A program made the translations under genes and the position numbers. This document shows, piece by piece, positions 37,266-46,925 of a DNA stretch of 64,000 nt (the first letter of the stretch is position 1; every line of letters begins with the position of its first letter). Where the stretch lies: positions 8,495-72,494 of the forward strand of contig CBFGZU010000001.1 in the NCBI GenBank assembly GCA_965653335.1, read 5' to 3'. The stretch comes from an uncultured Pseudolysinimonas sp. (GTDB taxonomy: Bacteria > Actinomycetota > Actinomycetes > Actinomycetales > Microbacteriaceae). The notes under the pieces were generated by a model. The model was not told the DNA's origin. It made no database searches and saw only the letters and a list, made by a program, of their open reading frames with translations.

Positions 37266-39212
37266 CTAGTTCTTGTTTGGAACGGTGGTGGCCCCGTAGT
37301 ACCGCTGACGAGCGCGACCCTCGAGGTGCTGGGCGGTTCCCTTCTGGCTGCCCGGGCGCTGCGAGGTCAGCGGCACGCCGACATCCCAGAACGCACCGCT
37401 GCCGGTGAGGTAGCGCCACGGCTCCACTTGCGCAACGATAACCGCGGGACGGTCGGTAATATTCCGAGCTTCCGCGAGAGCCGCCGTGAATTCGTCGACC
37501 GTCGTCGTGTTCCACGACGCGGCACCCAGGCTCGCGGCGTTCGCCGCGATGTCGACATCGACGATCGGCCCGTTGAGGCGACCCGTCTCCGGGTTGCGTT
37601 CACGCAACTGCGTTCCGAACTCGGCCTCGGGGCCACCGCCCTTCGCCGCCTGAAGCGGCCAGATGCACTGGTTTCCACGGTTGTCGATGATGACGACGGT
37701 GATTTTCTGCCGCAGCTGGGTGGCCGTGAGCAACTCGGTCGGCTGCATGTAGTACGTGCCGTCTCCGATGAGCACGAAGACGTCGCCGGGGGCATCCGGT
37801 TGCGCGAGCTGGACTCCGAGCCCCGCGGGGATCTCATGGCCCATGCACGAGTTCGCGTACTCGAAGTGGATCTCGGTGCGGTTCGAAGGATCCCATGCTT
37901 TGTGGATGCTTTCGACGACGCCACCCGACCCGAGCACGAGTGTGTCATCGGCGCCCGTGTGCGCGTTGAGCGCGGCCACGACCTGAGCCTGGCTCATGAT
38001 CTCGCCCGGGAACTCCTGCAGATCGTGCGCGAGCCGCTCCGCCGTCGCCTTCTGCGCGGCCGCGATGTCGTCGGCATACGACGCCTCGGTGTGGTACCCC
38101 GTGGCCGCGAGTCCCTGGTGGATCGCCGTGAGCGACAGCTTCGCGTCGCCGACGACGGGGAACGACCCCATCTTGTGCGCATCGAAGGAGTTGACGTTGA
38201 GGTGCACGAACCGCACGTCGGGGTTCTGGAACAGCGAGTGCGACGCCGTGATGAAATCCTGCAGTCGCGTGCCGACGCTGATGACGCAGTCGGTCTGGTC
38301 GGCCAGCTGGTCGGCGCCGAAGGTGCCGGTCACCCCGAGCCCGCCGACGTTGAGTTCGCTGATCGGGCCGCTGCCCTTGCCGGCGAAGGTCTCCGAGACC
38401 GGAATGCCGAACTCGGCACTGAACTTCGCGAGCTCGTCGCGAGACGACGAGTATCGCACGCCGCCACCCGCGATGATGATCGGGCGCTTGGCGGAACGGA
38501 TGATCTCGATCGCGTCGCGGATCTCATCCTCCGCGGCGGGACGACGACGGATCGGCCAGACGCGCGGAGCGAAGAAGGCCTCCGGGAAGTCGAACTCGTC
38601 GCCCTGCACGTCTTGCGGCAGACACACGACGACGGCACCGGTCTCGACGGGGTCGGTGAGCACGCGCATCGCCTCGGGGAGCGTCGACAGCAGCTGCGAC
38701 GGGTTCGTGATGCGGTCGAAGTAGCGGGCCACGGGGCGGAAGCAGTCGTTGGCCGAGACATCCCGCTCGATCGGGTGCTCGATCTGCTGCAGAACCGGGT
38801 CGCCCTTGCGGTTGTTGATGATGTCGGCCGGGAACAGCAGCACCGGGAGCCGGTTCGTCGTCGCCGTCGCCGCGCCCGTGACCATGTTGGTCGAGCCCGG
38901 ACCCGCCGACGCGGTGCACGCGAGCGTCGACGCCCGGTTGGTCGCCCGGGCGTAGCCGATCGCCGCGTGGACCATCGACTGCTCGTTCTTGCCCGGGTAG
39001 AAGGGGAAGTCGACCCCGTACTCGTCGGTGGCCTGCGCCAGGCCGACTGAGTTGCCGTGGCCGAAGATGCCGTACAGGCCGGGAATGAGCCGCTGACGTT
39101 CACCGTCCAGCTCGCTGTATTGCACCTGCAGATACTCGACGATCGCCTGCGCGACGGTGCGGCGACGAACGCCTCCGGTCGATGCCTTCGTGCCAGCGGC
39201 GGTGCTGCTCAT
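37266..39212 (-). CDS. iolD: IolD-like ThDP-dependent trihydroxycyclohexane-1,2-dione acylhydrolase
   Basis: TVAQA, GIFGHGN, KNEQSMVHAA, GPGSTNMVT, DPVLQQIE, NDCFRPVARYFDRI, EYANSCMGHEI, GDGTY..DN. Confidence 0.88.
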   Translation of the reverse strand: MSSTAAGTKASTGGVRRRTVAQAIVEYLQVQYSELDGERQRLIPGLYGIFGHGNSVGLAQATDEYGVDFPFYPGKNEQSMVHAAIGYARATNRASTLACTASAGPGSTNMVTGAATATTNRLPVLLFPADIINNRKGDPVLQQIEHPIERDVSANDCFRPVARYFDRITNPSQLLSTLPEAMRVLTDPVETGAVVVCLPQDVQGDEFDFPEAFFAPRVWPIRRRPAAEDEIRDAIEIIRSAKRPIIIAGGGVRYSSSRDELAKFSAEFGIPVSETFAGKGSGPISELNVGGLGVTGTFGADQLADQTDCVISVGTRLQDFITASHSLFQNPDVRFVHLNVNSFDAHKMGSFPVVGDAKLSLTAIHQGLAATGYHTEASYADDIAAAQKATAERLAHDLQEFPGEIMSQAQVVAALNAHTGADDTLVLGSGGVVESIHKAWDPSNRTEIHFEYANSCMGHEIPAGLGVQLAQPDAPGDVFVLIGDGTYYMQPTELLTATQLRQKITVVIIDNRGNQCIWPLQAAKGGGPEAEFGTQLRERNPETGRLNGPIVDVDIAANAASLGAASWNTTTVDEFTAALAEARNITDRPAVIVAQVEPWRYLTGSGAFWDVGVPLTSQRPGSQKGTAQHLEGRARQRYYGATTVPNKN

Positions 39213-39220
39213 GCGCTCTC

Positions 39221-39265
39221 CTCAGTGATTCACGGCTCAGTGGTTCACGACTCAGTGGTTCACGG
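39221..39265. repeat. 3 x 15-bp tandem repeat in the iolD leader
   Basis: CTCAGTGATTCACGG / CTCAGTGGTTCACGA / CTCAGTGGTTCACGG. Confidence 0.92.
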
Positions 39266-39332
39266 CGACCTGTCGAGACCTGAGCCGACAGGGCCAGAGG
39301 GACCAGCCTGTCACCGCGTCCCGTCGCCGAGC

Positions 39333-39349
39333 TGTCCCAGTTTGATACG
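39333..39349. promoter_or_regulatory. Island regulon site 5 (upstream of iolD)
   Basis: TGTCCCAGTTTGATACG; minus-strand CAGGCT 22 nt downstream. Confidence 0.7.
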
Positions 39350-39375
39350 GCTCGTCGAGCGTGCCGAAGAAAACG

Positions 39376-40857
39376 CTACAGCTCGTCGATGAGGAAGCGC
39401 GATTCGACGGCGAGCCAGAGCTCGAAGGCGTCCCGATAACTCTTCAGATTGCGGCCGGTGAGCTGCTCGATCTTCTTGAGCCGATACGACAACGTGTGCT
39501 CGTGGACGAAGAGCTGCGCCGCCGCCGTGCGCAGCCGCCCCTGGTTCTGGAAGTACACCGACAGAGTGTGCACGAGATCCGTGCCGTGGTCGGCGTCGTG
39601 GGCGATGATCGGCCCCAGCGCCCCGTCGGCGAGATGCTTCATCATCTCGACATCCGGGTTGAGCCAGCGCCCGATCCCGAACTGCTCCTCGGCGAGCACG
39701 AGCGCGCCATCGGAGGACTCCCGGGCGAGATTGAGCGACCAGAGCGACTGGCGTTGCATCCGCGGCAACTCGTCGAGGTGGTGGAAGGGCTGACTCGAGC
39801 CGATATGGATGCCGAGGTCGGTGACGATCGCCGCCAGATCGACGTCGTTCGCCGGCACGGCAACGAACAGCACGCCCTGATCGCGCAAGAGATGGGCGTG
39901 GCCGCGATCGCTCAGCCAGTCGCGCATCGCGATCTCGCCGCCGTCGCCCTCCGGTGTTCCACAGGCGAGCAACCGGATGCCGCGCGCCGGATCGAGTCCC
40001 GCGGCGGTGAATCGATCGGTCAGTTCCTCGGAGTCGAGGTCGCGGTCGAGAGCGCTCGACAGCAAGGCGCTGCCCTGGCGGTGCAGTGCCTCACGGCGTC
40101 GCTGATCGTCGACGGCATCCAGTGCCGCCAGAGTGCCGACATGCTGCAGGGTCGCGAGTCCCCCGGGATTGGCGGCCAGGTGCTCCATGCCCACGAGATA
40201 GGCGGTGACCCGATCGCCGACGACGAGCGGCAGGATGTACCCGCCGGGGATGACCTGCAAGCCTCCGGCCAGGTCGGCATGTTCGAGTTCGAGGCCGTCC
40301 GGAACCCAGGGCCAGTCGGGAAGCAAGGGCCTCCCCGCCGGGGAGAGGAGCGCCAGCCGGTAGCCGGAGACATCCTCGAGCTCCGAGTAGATCTCGACCA
40401 CGTTGCTTTCGACACTCGTGCGATGGCGCAGCGTCTCGAACACCCGCAGATGTCTCGAGAGCCGCCCCCGCGTCGTCTGCACGCTCGCGTTCGCCACGAG
40501 GTGCGAGATCTCGATGAACGGGATCTGACGCGGAACGCGCAACACCGGGAAGTCGAGCCGATCGGCTTCCCGCAGAAGCTCCTCGGTCAGCTCGGGGGCT
40601 TTCACGCTCACGGCGAGGCCGGCGAGCCGGTGATGCGCGAGGCGCGCGACGTAGGCGACCTGCCCGGCGGCATCCGCCGGGATGCCGAAGCCGTTCACGA
40701 TCAGAAGCTCACCGCCCTCCATCCAGGGGCCGGGGTCTTCCAGCTCGGAGGTGTGCGTCCACAGCACCGACGCTCCCGCACCGCCGCTCCCCGCCCGGAG
40801 CTCGAGCCCGAGGTGGGACATGGCGACGAGGTCGGCGACCGTCAGGTAGTCGTGCAC
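39376..40857 (-). CDS. PucR-family transcriptional regulator
   Basis: N-terminal WTHTSELEDPGPWMEGGELL; C-terminal HTH AAAQLFVHEHTLSYRLKKIEQLTG. Confidence 0.92.
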   Translation of the reverse strand: MHDYLTVADLVAMSHLGLELRAGSGGAGASVLWTHTSELEDPGPWMEGGELLIVNGFGIPADAAGQVAYVARLAHHRLAGLAVSVKAPELTEELLREADRLDFPVLRVPRQIPFIEISHLVANASVQTTRGRLSRHLRVFETLRHRTSVESNVVEIYSELEDVSGYRLALLSPAGRPLLPDWPWVPDGLELEHADLAGGLQVIPGGYILPLVVGDRVTAYLVGMEHLAANPGGLATLQHVGTLAALDAVDDQRRREALHRQGSALLSSALDRDLDSEELTDRFTAAGLDPARGIRLLACGTPEGDGGEIAMRDWLSDRGHAHLLRDQGVLFVAVPANDVDLAAIVTDLGIHIGSSQPFHHLDELPRMQRQSLWSLNLARESSDGALVLAEEQFGIGRWLNPDVEMMKHLADGALGPIIAHDADHGTDLVHTLSVYFQNQGRLRTAAAQLFVHEHTLSYRLKKIEQLTGRNLKSYRDAFELWLAVESRFLIDEL

Positions 40858-40894
40858 GCCTTCTTCTCCATGCCTGGTCGGCACGGCGGCCGCC

Positions 40895-42037
40895 CTAGTC
40901 GAATCGATACGGTTCGTGCGGTCCCACCGACGGCAACGGCCGGGGCCGAGCGCACGTGCTCTCGATCTCGATGTGCTTTCCTTGCGCCGCCGAGGCTTCG
41001 AACGCCAGGAGGATCTCGAGCGTATGGTACGCGAAATCACCTCCGGTGCGAGGCTCCAGCCCGTTGCGGATCGCGTACCCGAACTCGGCGAGCCCGATTC
41101 CCCGGTATGCGTCGTCACGGTGCGTGATGGGCGTCTGGCGCCAGTCGCCACCACCCGGAGGAGTCATGTCGAGCGACAGGTCGCGCGGCTCGCCGCGCCG
41201 CAGCACGGGCGCCCCCTCGAAGTGGTCCGGGTTCGGCGTCGCGAGCGAGCCTCCCGTTCCGTAGATCTCGAGGTGCGGCAGATTGTGGTTCCACACATCC
41301 CAGCTGACGATGACCGTCGCGACGCCGCCCGACTCGAACTCGATCGTGCCGGTGACGTGCGTCGGCGTCTGGATCTCGATGACCCCGTCGAATCCGCCGT
41401 CGGCCGTCGGCCGGGGGCGGGTCTCCGACGACTTCGGCGCCGACGCCGCGACGCGCTTCGCGGGGCCGAAGATGTTGACCAGGTTGGTGATGATGTACGG
41501 CCCGATGTCGAGCATCGGCCCGGCACCCGGGCTGTAGAAGGGGTCGACGTTCGGGTGCCAGTACTCGTAGCCGCGGCACGCGAACGAGCCGAACGCCGCC
41601 ACCGGACGGCCGATCCAGCCGTCGTCGATGAGCTTGCGGCTGGTCTGCATCCCGGAGCCGAGGAACGTCGTCGGCGCGGATCCGACCTTCACCCCCGCGG
41701 CACGAGCGGCATCCAGAATCTGCTGCGCCTCGTCGAGCGTCGTCGCGAAGGGTTTCTCGGACAACACGTGCTTGCCCGCGGCGATCGCCTGCAGGGTGAC
41801 CGGGGCGTGCAGCTTCGGCGGAGTCAGGTTGAGCACCAACTCGACCTCGGGATCGGCGAGAAGCTCGTCGGGGGTGAGAGCCTTCCGCACCGAGTACTCG
41901 GCGGCTCGCGCCTTCACGGCCTCAGCGTTGACATCGGCGAGGGCGATGACGTCGACCTCGGGGTGCACGCCGATCTTGTCGAGGTACTGGTTGAGCACGT
42001 TTCCGACGCCGATGATGCCGACTCGAATGGGTTCCAT
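40895..42037 (-). CDS. Gfo/Idh/MocA oxidoreductase
   Basis: GVGNV, NLTPPKLH, SEKP, SAPTTFLG, WHPN..FY..GAGPMLDIGPY. Confidence 0.9.
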   Translation of the reverse strand: MEPIRVGIIGVGNVLNQYLDKIGVHPEVDVIALADVNAEAVKARAAEYSVRKALTPDELLADPEVELVLNLTPPKLHAPVTLQAIAAGKHVLSEKPFATTLDEAQQILDAARAAGVKVGSAPTTFLGSGMQTSRKLIDDGWIGRPVAAFGSFACRGYEYWHPNVDPFYSPGAGPMLDIGPYIITNLVNIFGPAKRVAASAPKSSETRPRPTADGGFDGVIEIQTPTHVTGTIEFESGGVATVIVSWDVWNHNLPHLEIYGTGGSLATPNPDHFEGAPVLRRGEPRDLSLDMTPPGGGDWRQTPITHRDDAYRGIGLAEFGYAIRNGLEPRTGGDFAYHTLEILLAFEASAAQGKHIEIESTCARPRPLPSVGPHEPYRFD

Positions 42038-42076
42038 GACTACTCTCTGCTTCTGGTTTCGGTGACGTCGGTCTGG

Positions 42077-43846
42077 TTACCGAGCGGCGAGTCGTTCGGC
42101 CCGCACCTTCTCGGTCGCGCTCTCATCGAGAACACCGTCGGCCGAGACAACACCATAGACGGCGAGGGCCGCCTCGGGGGTGACTCGGCTTTCACGCAGA
42201 TCATCCAGCACCGCGAGCGCGTCCCGCTCGAGCGGGTCGCCGTAGCCGCCGCCGCCCGGGGTGAGCGACACGACCTTCTCGCCGCGCTGCAGGTCGTAGC
42301 GCCCGACGATGGGAATCTCGCGGCGTTCGCCTGTCGCGAGGTCTTCGACCCATGCGGCCGGCACCGCCCCCACCTGACCGCCGCGCACACCCCGCGGCGG
42401 GTTGAGGAGACCCTCGAGGCCGTAGGTGAGGGTGACCGAGTCGGCGCGCGGTTCCATCGTCACCCGGGTCGCGAGACCGCCGCGCTGCCGACCGGCGCCC
42501 CCGGTGTCGGCGACGAGCGTTCGCTCGTGGATCAGGATCGGGTAGCGCTGCTCGTCGACCTCGACACTGTCGTGGTAGAGCAAGGCGCCGCAGACCGGGC
42601 GCTGGTAGGTCGGCCAGCCGTCGACGAACGGTGTCGCCGGGCCGCCGACACCGCCGACGAGGATCTGGTTGACGTAGGCGTTGCCGTTGCGCTCGTCGAT
42701 TCCCGAGATCACCGACTTGGCGGGAGCCTGTCCCGACGCACCTTCGGCAGCCCCGTAGCCGTCGGAGATCTGGGCGAACGCGGCCTGGACCATGTTGACG
42801 ACCCGGTCGGCGAGGTTGGTCGTGCCCGACGAGCACGAGAAGGGGTGCTTCGGAACGCCGACGGCGCAGCCGTCGCGCAACAGCACCTCGATGCGGCGGA
42901 AGGTGCCCGCGTTGCTCGGCAAGGACTCGGGAAGACCCGAGAGGATGCCCGCGAGCGCCGACCCGACCGCGGTCGCGCGCGTGAGGTTGAGGCCGTTGGG
43001 GAGGTTGTCGGGGTTGTCGCGCAGGTCGATCGTGACCCGGCCCTGGTCGGGCTTGACCTCGATGACCGCCTTGAGCGGAACCCCGTCGGGTCCGGTGCCG
43101 GGGAACGGGTCGTGCGACGTCGAGCCGGTGAGCACCGACGCCGGCAGGGACTCGATCGCGCTCACCGCGAGGCGCTCCGAGTAGTCGAACCACGCGTCGA
43201 CGAAGCCGAGAAGGTCGTCGATGCCGAACTTGTCGGCGAGTTCCTTCACGCGACGCTCGGCGATGCGCGACGCGCCGACGCTCGCGAGGTAGTCGCCGTA
43301 CCACTGGTCGGGCACGCGGATGCGCACGCGGCACATGCGCACGATGTCTTCGATGTCGGTGAAGTCGCGCTGCACCCGCACGCACGGGAAGATGAGCGCG
43401 CCCTCTTCGTAGACATCGCGCGCCGTCGCCGAGAAGGTCGTCGGGATCGCGTTGCCGCAATCCGCCTGGTGCGCCTTGGTCACCGCCGTGAAGACGTGGC
43501 GGCCGCCGACGAAGATCGGCACGAGGATGACGTGGTCGGCGGCGTGCGAGTTGCCGCGGTACGGGTCGTTGTGCAGGAACGCATCGCCTTCGCGGATGTC
43601 GTCGTGCAGTTCGACCATGTCTTCGCCGAGCGGGCCCGCACCGAACACGTGCACCGGCACGCCTTCGGCCGCCGCGAGCAGCTGGTTGTCGGCGGTGAGC
43701 ACGGCACACGAGAAGTCGCGCGCCGTGTTGATGACCGACGAGCGCGCCGAACGCAGGAGCCCGTTCGTCATCTCGCGCACGATGCCGTCGAAGGCGTTCG
43801 CCAGCACCGAGAGCTTTACAGGATCGAATTCGCGTGACACGGTCAT
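42077..43846 (-). CDS. Hydantoinase B / 5-oxoprolinase family subunit
   Basis: ARDFSC, HNDPYRGNSHAAD, KAHQADCG, EEG, GGAGRQRGG, TPGGGGYGDP; ATGA overlap with subunit A. Confidence 0.92.
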   Translation of the reverse strand: MTVSREFDPVKLSVLANAFDGIVREMTNGLLRSARSSVINTARDFSCAVLTADNQLLAAAEGVPVHVFGAGPLGEDMVELHDDIREGDAFLHNDPYRGNSHAADHVILVPIFVGGRHVFTAVTKAHQADCGNAIPTTFSATARDVYEEGALIFPCVRVQRDFTDIEDIVRMCRVRIRVPDQWYGDYLASVGASRIAERRVKELADKFGIDDLLGFVDAWFDYSERLAVSAIESLPASVLTGSTSHDPFPGTGPDGVPLKAVIEVKPDQGRVTIDLRDNPDNLPNGLNLTRATAVGSALAGILSGLPESLPSNAGTFRRIEVLLRDGCAVGVPKHPFSCSSGTTNLADRVVNMVQAAFAQISDGYGAAEGASGQAPAKSVISGIDERNGNAYVNQILVGGVGGPATPFVDGWPTYQRPVCGALLYHDSVEVDEQRYPILIHERTLVADTGGAGRQRGGLATRVTMEPRADSVTLTYGLEGLLNPPRGVRGGQVGAVPAAWVEDLATGERREIPIVGRYDLQRGEKVVSLTPGGGGYGDPLERDALAVLDDLRESRVTPEAALAVYGVVSADGVLDESATEKVRAERLAAR

Positions 43847-45939
43847 GCCCCCTTGAGGGTCAGGTAGATGTTGGATCGGCTGTCGAGGGTGGCATCCCAC
43901 TCCGGCGGCACGACGATGGTCGTCGTCGGTTGGTCGATGACGGCGGGGCCGACGATCGTGTCCCCGGGTTCGAGCGTCACGCCGCGGTATCGCTTGGTGT
44001 CGTGACTCTGGCCGCCGAAGACGATCGGGTCGACGCGGTGGACCTCGCTGGTTCCCGCCGCCGGCGCCGGCGCCTTCAGCCGTTCGGGACGCGGGATCTC
44101 GACGCGGACACCCCACGTGATGATCTCGACCCGGCTCGCGGCGTCGTGCGTGCCGTTGCGGCGATCGTGCTCCTCGTGGAAGGCGCGTTCGATGACGTGC
44201 GCCGCATCATCCGCGGCGTTGGGAGCGGCACCGAGGTAGACCCGCAGATCCCAGGCCTGACCGGGGTAGCGAGCGTCGACGAAGTAGGTGACTTCGGCCC
44301 CGCTCGACACCGCCGTGAACCGCTCGGCGAACGCCGCCGCTTTCTCGCCGAGTTCGGTGACCGCAACGACCGCCGAGCTCACGTTGAAGTGGCGGGTGTC
44401 GTTATGAAGCGGGGACAGGAACTCGGTCGCGATCGGCGCCCGATGAGCGCCGTAGGCCGCGAGCACGCCGGCCGTCGACGGGATGAGGATGGTGTCGGTC
44501 TCGAGCAGCCGCCCGATCACCGCTGCGACCATCGCCCCCGCTCCACCGCCGGCGACGATGAGCGCGCCGCGCGGGTCGACGCCCTGCTCGAGCGACGCCT
44601 GACGGGTCGCCGTGGCCATGTGGTTGGCCGACACGTCGAGGATCGCTTGCGCGGCCTGCATCGTGTCCATCTTGAGCGGCCCGGCGATCCGCGAGTCGAT
44701 CGCGCGCACGGCGGCCTCGCGGTCGAGCGTGAACCCGCCTTCAAAGCCTTCGGTGTCGAGGTATCCCAAAGCGACGCACGCGTCGGTGACCGTCGGCTCT
44801 TCGCCGCCCCGCCCGTATGCGGCAGGACCGGGCGTGCTTCGCGCACTCTGCGGACCGACGCGCAGCAGGCCGCCGCTGTCGATCCAGGCGATGCTGCCAC
44901 CGCCCGCGCCGATGCTCGTGACGGCGACCGACGAGAGCCCGGTCAGGTGCCCGACGAACGGTTCGCCGAGCCACGCCTCCCGCGTGTGCCGCACGACGCC
45001 CTTCTCGACGAGGGAGACGTCGAACGTCGTGCCACCCATGTCGCATACGACGACGGTCTCCCGATCCGGGGCCGCGGCCGCGCCGACGAGCGGCGCCATC
45101 GACGGCCCGGAGTTGAGAAGCAGGACGGGGCGGTCGAGCACGTCGACGACGTCGAGGACAGCGCCTTCGGAGGTGACGACGAGCAGGTCCCCAGCGAAAC
45201 CGAACGCGACGAGATCCGAACGCAGGTTGCCGAGGTGATCCGCCATGAGCGGCTTGAGCGACGCGTCGATCGCGGCCGCCGACGACCGCCGGTACTCGCG
45301 GATCGTCGGGTTCGCCGCGTGCGAGAGCGTGTAGGGCACGCCCGGGAGGATCTCTTGGATCAGCTCGCCGAGACGGCGCTCGTGAGCGTCGTTGATGATC
45401 GACCACAGGAACGAGACGGCGATCGCCTCGATTCCTTCGTCGGCGAGGCCCCGGAGCACGCCCCGCACCTCGTCGTCGTCGAGCGCGACGAGCACGTCAC
45501 CCTCCGCCGAGATGCGCTCGTTGATCTCGAACGTCAGGTGGCGGGGGATGTAGGGCGGCGGGTAGGCGGCCCGGGAGTCGAACGCATCGCGACGACCACC
45601 TTCGCGAAGCAACAGCGTGTCGGCGAAGCCGGAGGTCGTGAGCAGAGCGGTGCGTGCCACCTTGCCGGTCAGAACCGCGTTCGTGGCGTGCGTCGTGCCG
45701 TAGACGATCACGTCGGCGTTGCGCAGCACCTCGTCGCCCGACCATCCGACGGATTCGGCGGCGCGGCGCACCGAGGCTTCGAAGCCCGTGAAGACACGGT
45801 CGTAGGTGGTCAGCGCCTTGCCGACCGCCATCTCGCCCGCGTTGGACCCCACCACGACGTCGGTGAACGTTCCCCCGGTGTCGACGGCGATGCGATACCT
45901 CGCCTCACCACCGCCGGACGGCGTCTGAACTGTGCTCAT
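43843..45939 (-). CDS. Hydantoinase A / 5-oxoprolinase family subunit (ATP-binding)
   Basis: VDTGGTFTD, GTTHATNA, SGP, DMGGTTFD, IGAGGGS, VGPQSA..PGPAAYG, PTVTDA, GPAVI. Confidence 0.92.
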   Translation of the reverse strand: MSTVQTPSGGGEARYRIAVDTGGTFTDVVVGSNAGEMAVGKALTTYDRVFTGFEASVRRAAESVGWSGDEVLRNADVIVYGTTHATNAVLTGKVARTALLTTSGFADTLLLREGGRRDAFDSRAAYPPPYIPRHLTFEINERISAEGDVLVALDDDEVRGVLRGLADEGIEAIAVSFLWSIINDAHERRLGELIQEILPGVPYTLSHAANPTIREYRRSSAAAIDASLKPLMADHLGNLRSDLVAFGFAGDLLVVTSEGAVLDVVDVLDRPVLLLNSGPSMAPLVGAAAAPDRETVVVCDMGGTTFDVSLVEKGVVRHTREAWLGEPFVGHLTGLSSVAVTSIGAGGGSIAWIDSGGLLRVGPQSARSTPGPAAYGRGGEEPTVTDACVALGYLDTEGFEGGFTLDREAAVRAIDSRIAGPLKMDTMQAAQAILDVSANHMATATRQASLEQGVDPRGALIVAGGGAGAMVAAVIGRLLETDTILIPSTAGVLAAYGAHRAPIATEFLSPLHNDTRHFNVSSAVVAVTELGEKAAAFAERFTAVSSGAEVTYFVDARYPGQAWDLRVYLGAAPNAADDAAHVIERAFHEEHDRRNGTHDAASRVEIITWGVRVEIPRPERLKAPAPAAGTSEVHRVDPIVFGGQSHDTKRYRGVTLEPGDTIVGPAVIDQPTTTIVVPPEWDATLDSRSNIYLTLKGA

Positions 45940-46006
45940 AGGTCTTCGCTACCTCCATAGAACCTGCCAAAAGATGCTGACGACGCGCGGAGCTCGCTTC
46001 GAGAAG

Positions 46007-46900
46007 TCATCGCTCGCCGACCCGGTTGCGCAACAGCCCGACCCGCTCGAGGTCGATGTCGACCGTGTCGCCCGGCTGCAGCCAGACGGGCGGAGTGCGC
46101 TTCGCGCCGATGCCCTGCGGCGTGCCCGTCGCGATCACATCGCCGGGCGCGAGCGTCAGGAAGTTCGAGATGTAGGAGACGATGTGCGCGATCGAGAAGA
46201 TCTGATACTTCGTGTTCGAGCGCTGCATCTCGACGCCGTTGACGCGCGTCACGACGTCGAGGTTCTGCGGGTCGCCCACTTCATCGAGCGTCACGAGCGC
46301 GGGACCCCACGGCGTCGACCCGTCGACGGCCTTGCCGGCCAGCCACTGCGTGCCCCGGTATTGGAGGTCGCGAGCGGTCACGTCGTTGAGCGGCGCGAGA
46401 CCCGCGACATACTGCAGCGCGTCGGATTGCGACACCCGCGTCGCCGTACGCCCGATGACGACCGCGACCTCGCCTTCGAAGTCGAGGTTCTCACTCACGG
46501 CTGCCCCGCCGATCTCGTCGTCGGGACCGATGAGGCTCGACGAGAACTTCGCGAAGAGGTCGGGATACTCCGGAAGCGCGCGTCCGGTCTCGGCGACGTG
46601 GTCCTTGTAGTTGAGCCCCACGCACAGCACCTTGGCCGGATCGGTGACCGGCGCGGCGAGACGCACGTCGGAGCGCGGCGCCACCCGGGCGCTATCGTCG
46701 CGCTCGGCCTGCGCCGTGAGGGCCGTCGAGATCGGTGCCAGGTCGGCGCCGTAGAGCTCGAGGAACTCGCGTACGGATGCCGTGCTGCCGGACGTCGCCT
46801 CGGGGGCGGCACTCAGCAACCGCTCGAGGTCGAACACCGACTCGCCGAGCAGCACTCCGCCCCGGACGCCGGACTGGTCGTGGTACGAGACGATTCTCAT
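46007..46900 (-). CDS. Fumarylacetoacetate hydrolase family protein
   Basis: CVGLNY..H..E, DFEGE, NDVTARDLQ, GK, GDVIATGTPQG. Confidence 0.92.
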   Translation of the reverse strand: MRIVSYHDQSGVRGGVLLGESVFDLERLLSAAPEATSGSTASVREFLELYGADLAPISTALTAQAERDDSARVAPRSDVRLAAPVTDPAKVLCVGLNYKDHVAETGRALPEYPDLFAKFSSSLIGPDDEIGGAAVSENLDFEGEVAVVIGRTATRVSQSDALQYVAGLAPLNDVTARDLQYRGTQWLAGKAVDGSTPWGPALVTLDEVGDPQNLDVVTRVNGVEMQRSNTKYQIFSIAHIVSYISNFLTLAPGDVIATGTPQGIGAKRTPPVWLQPGDTVDIDLERVGLLRNRVGER

Positions 46901-46925
46901 TCTTCGTGAATCCTTTTTTCGAGCC

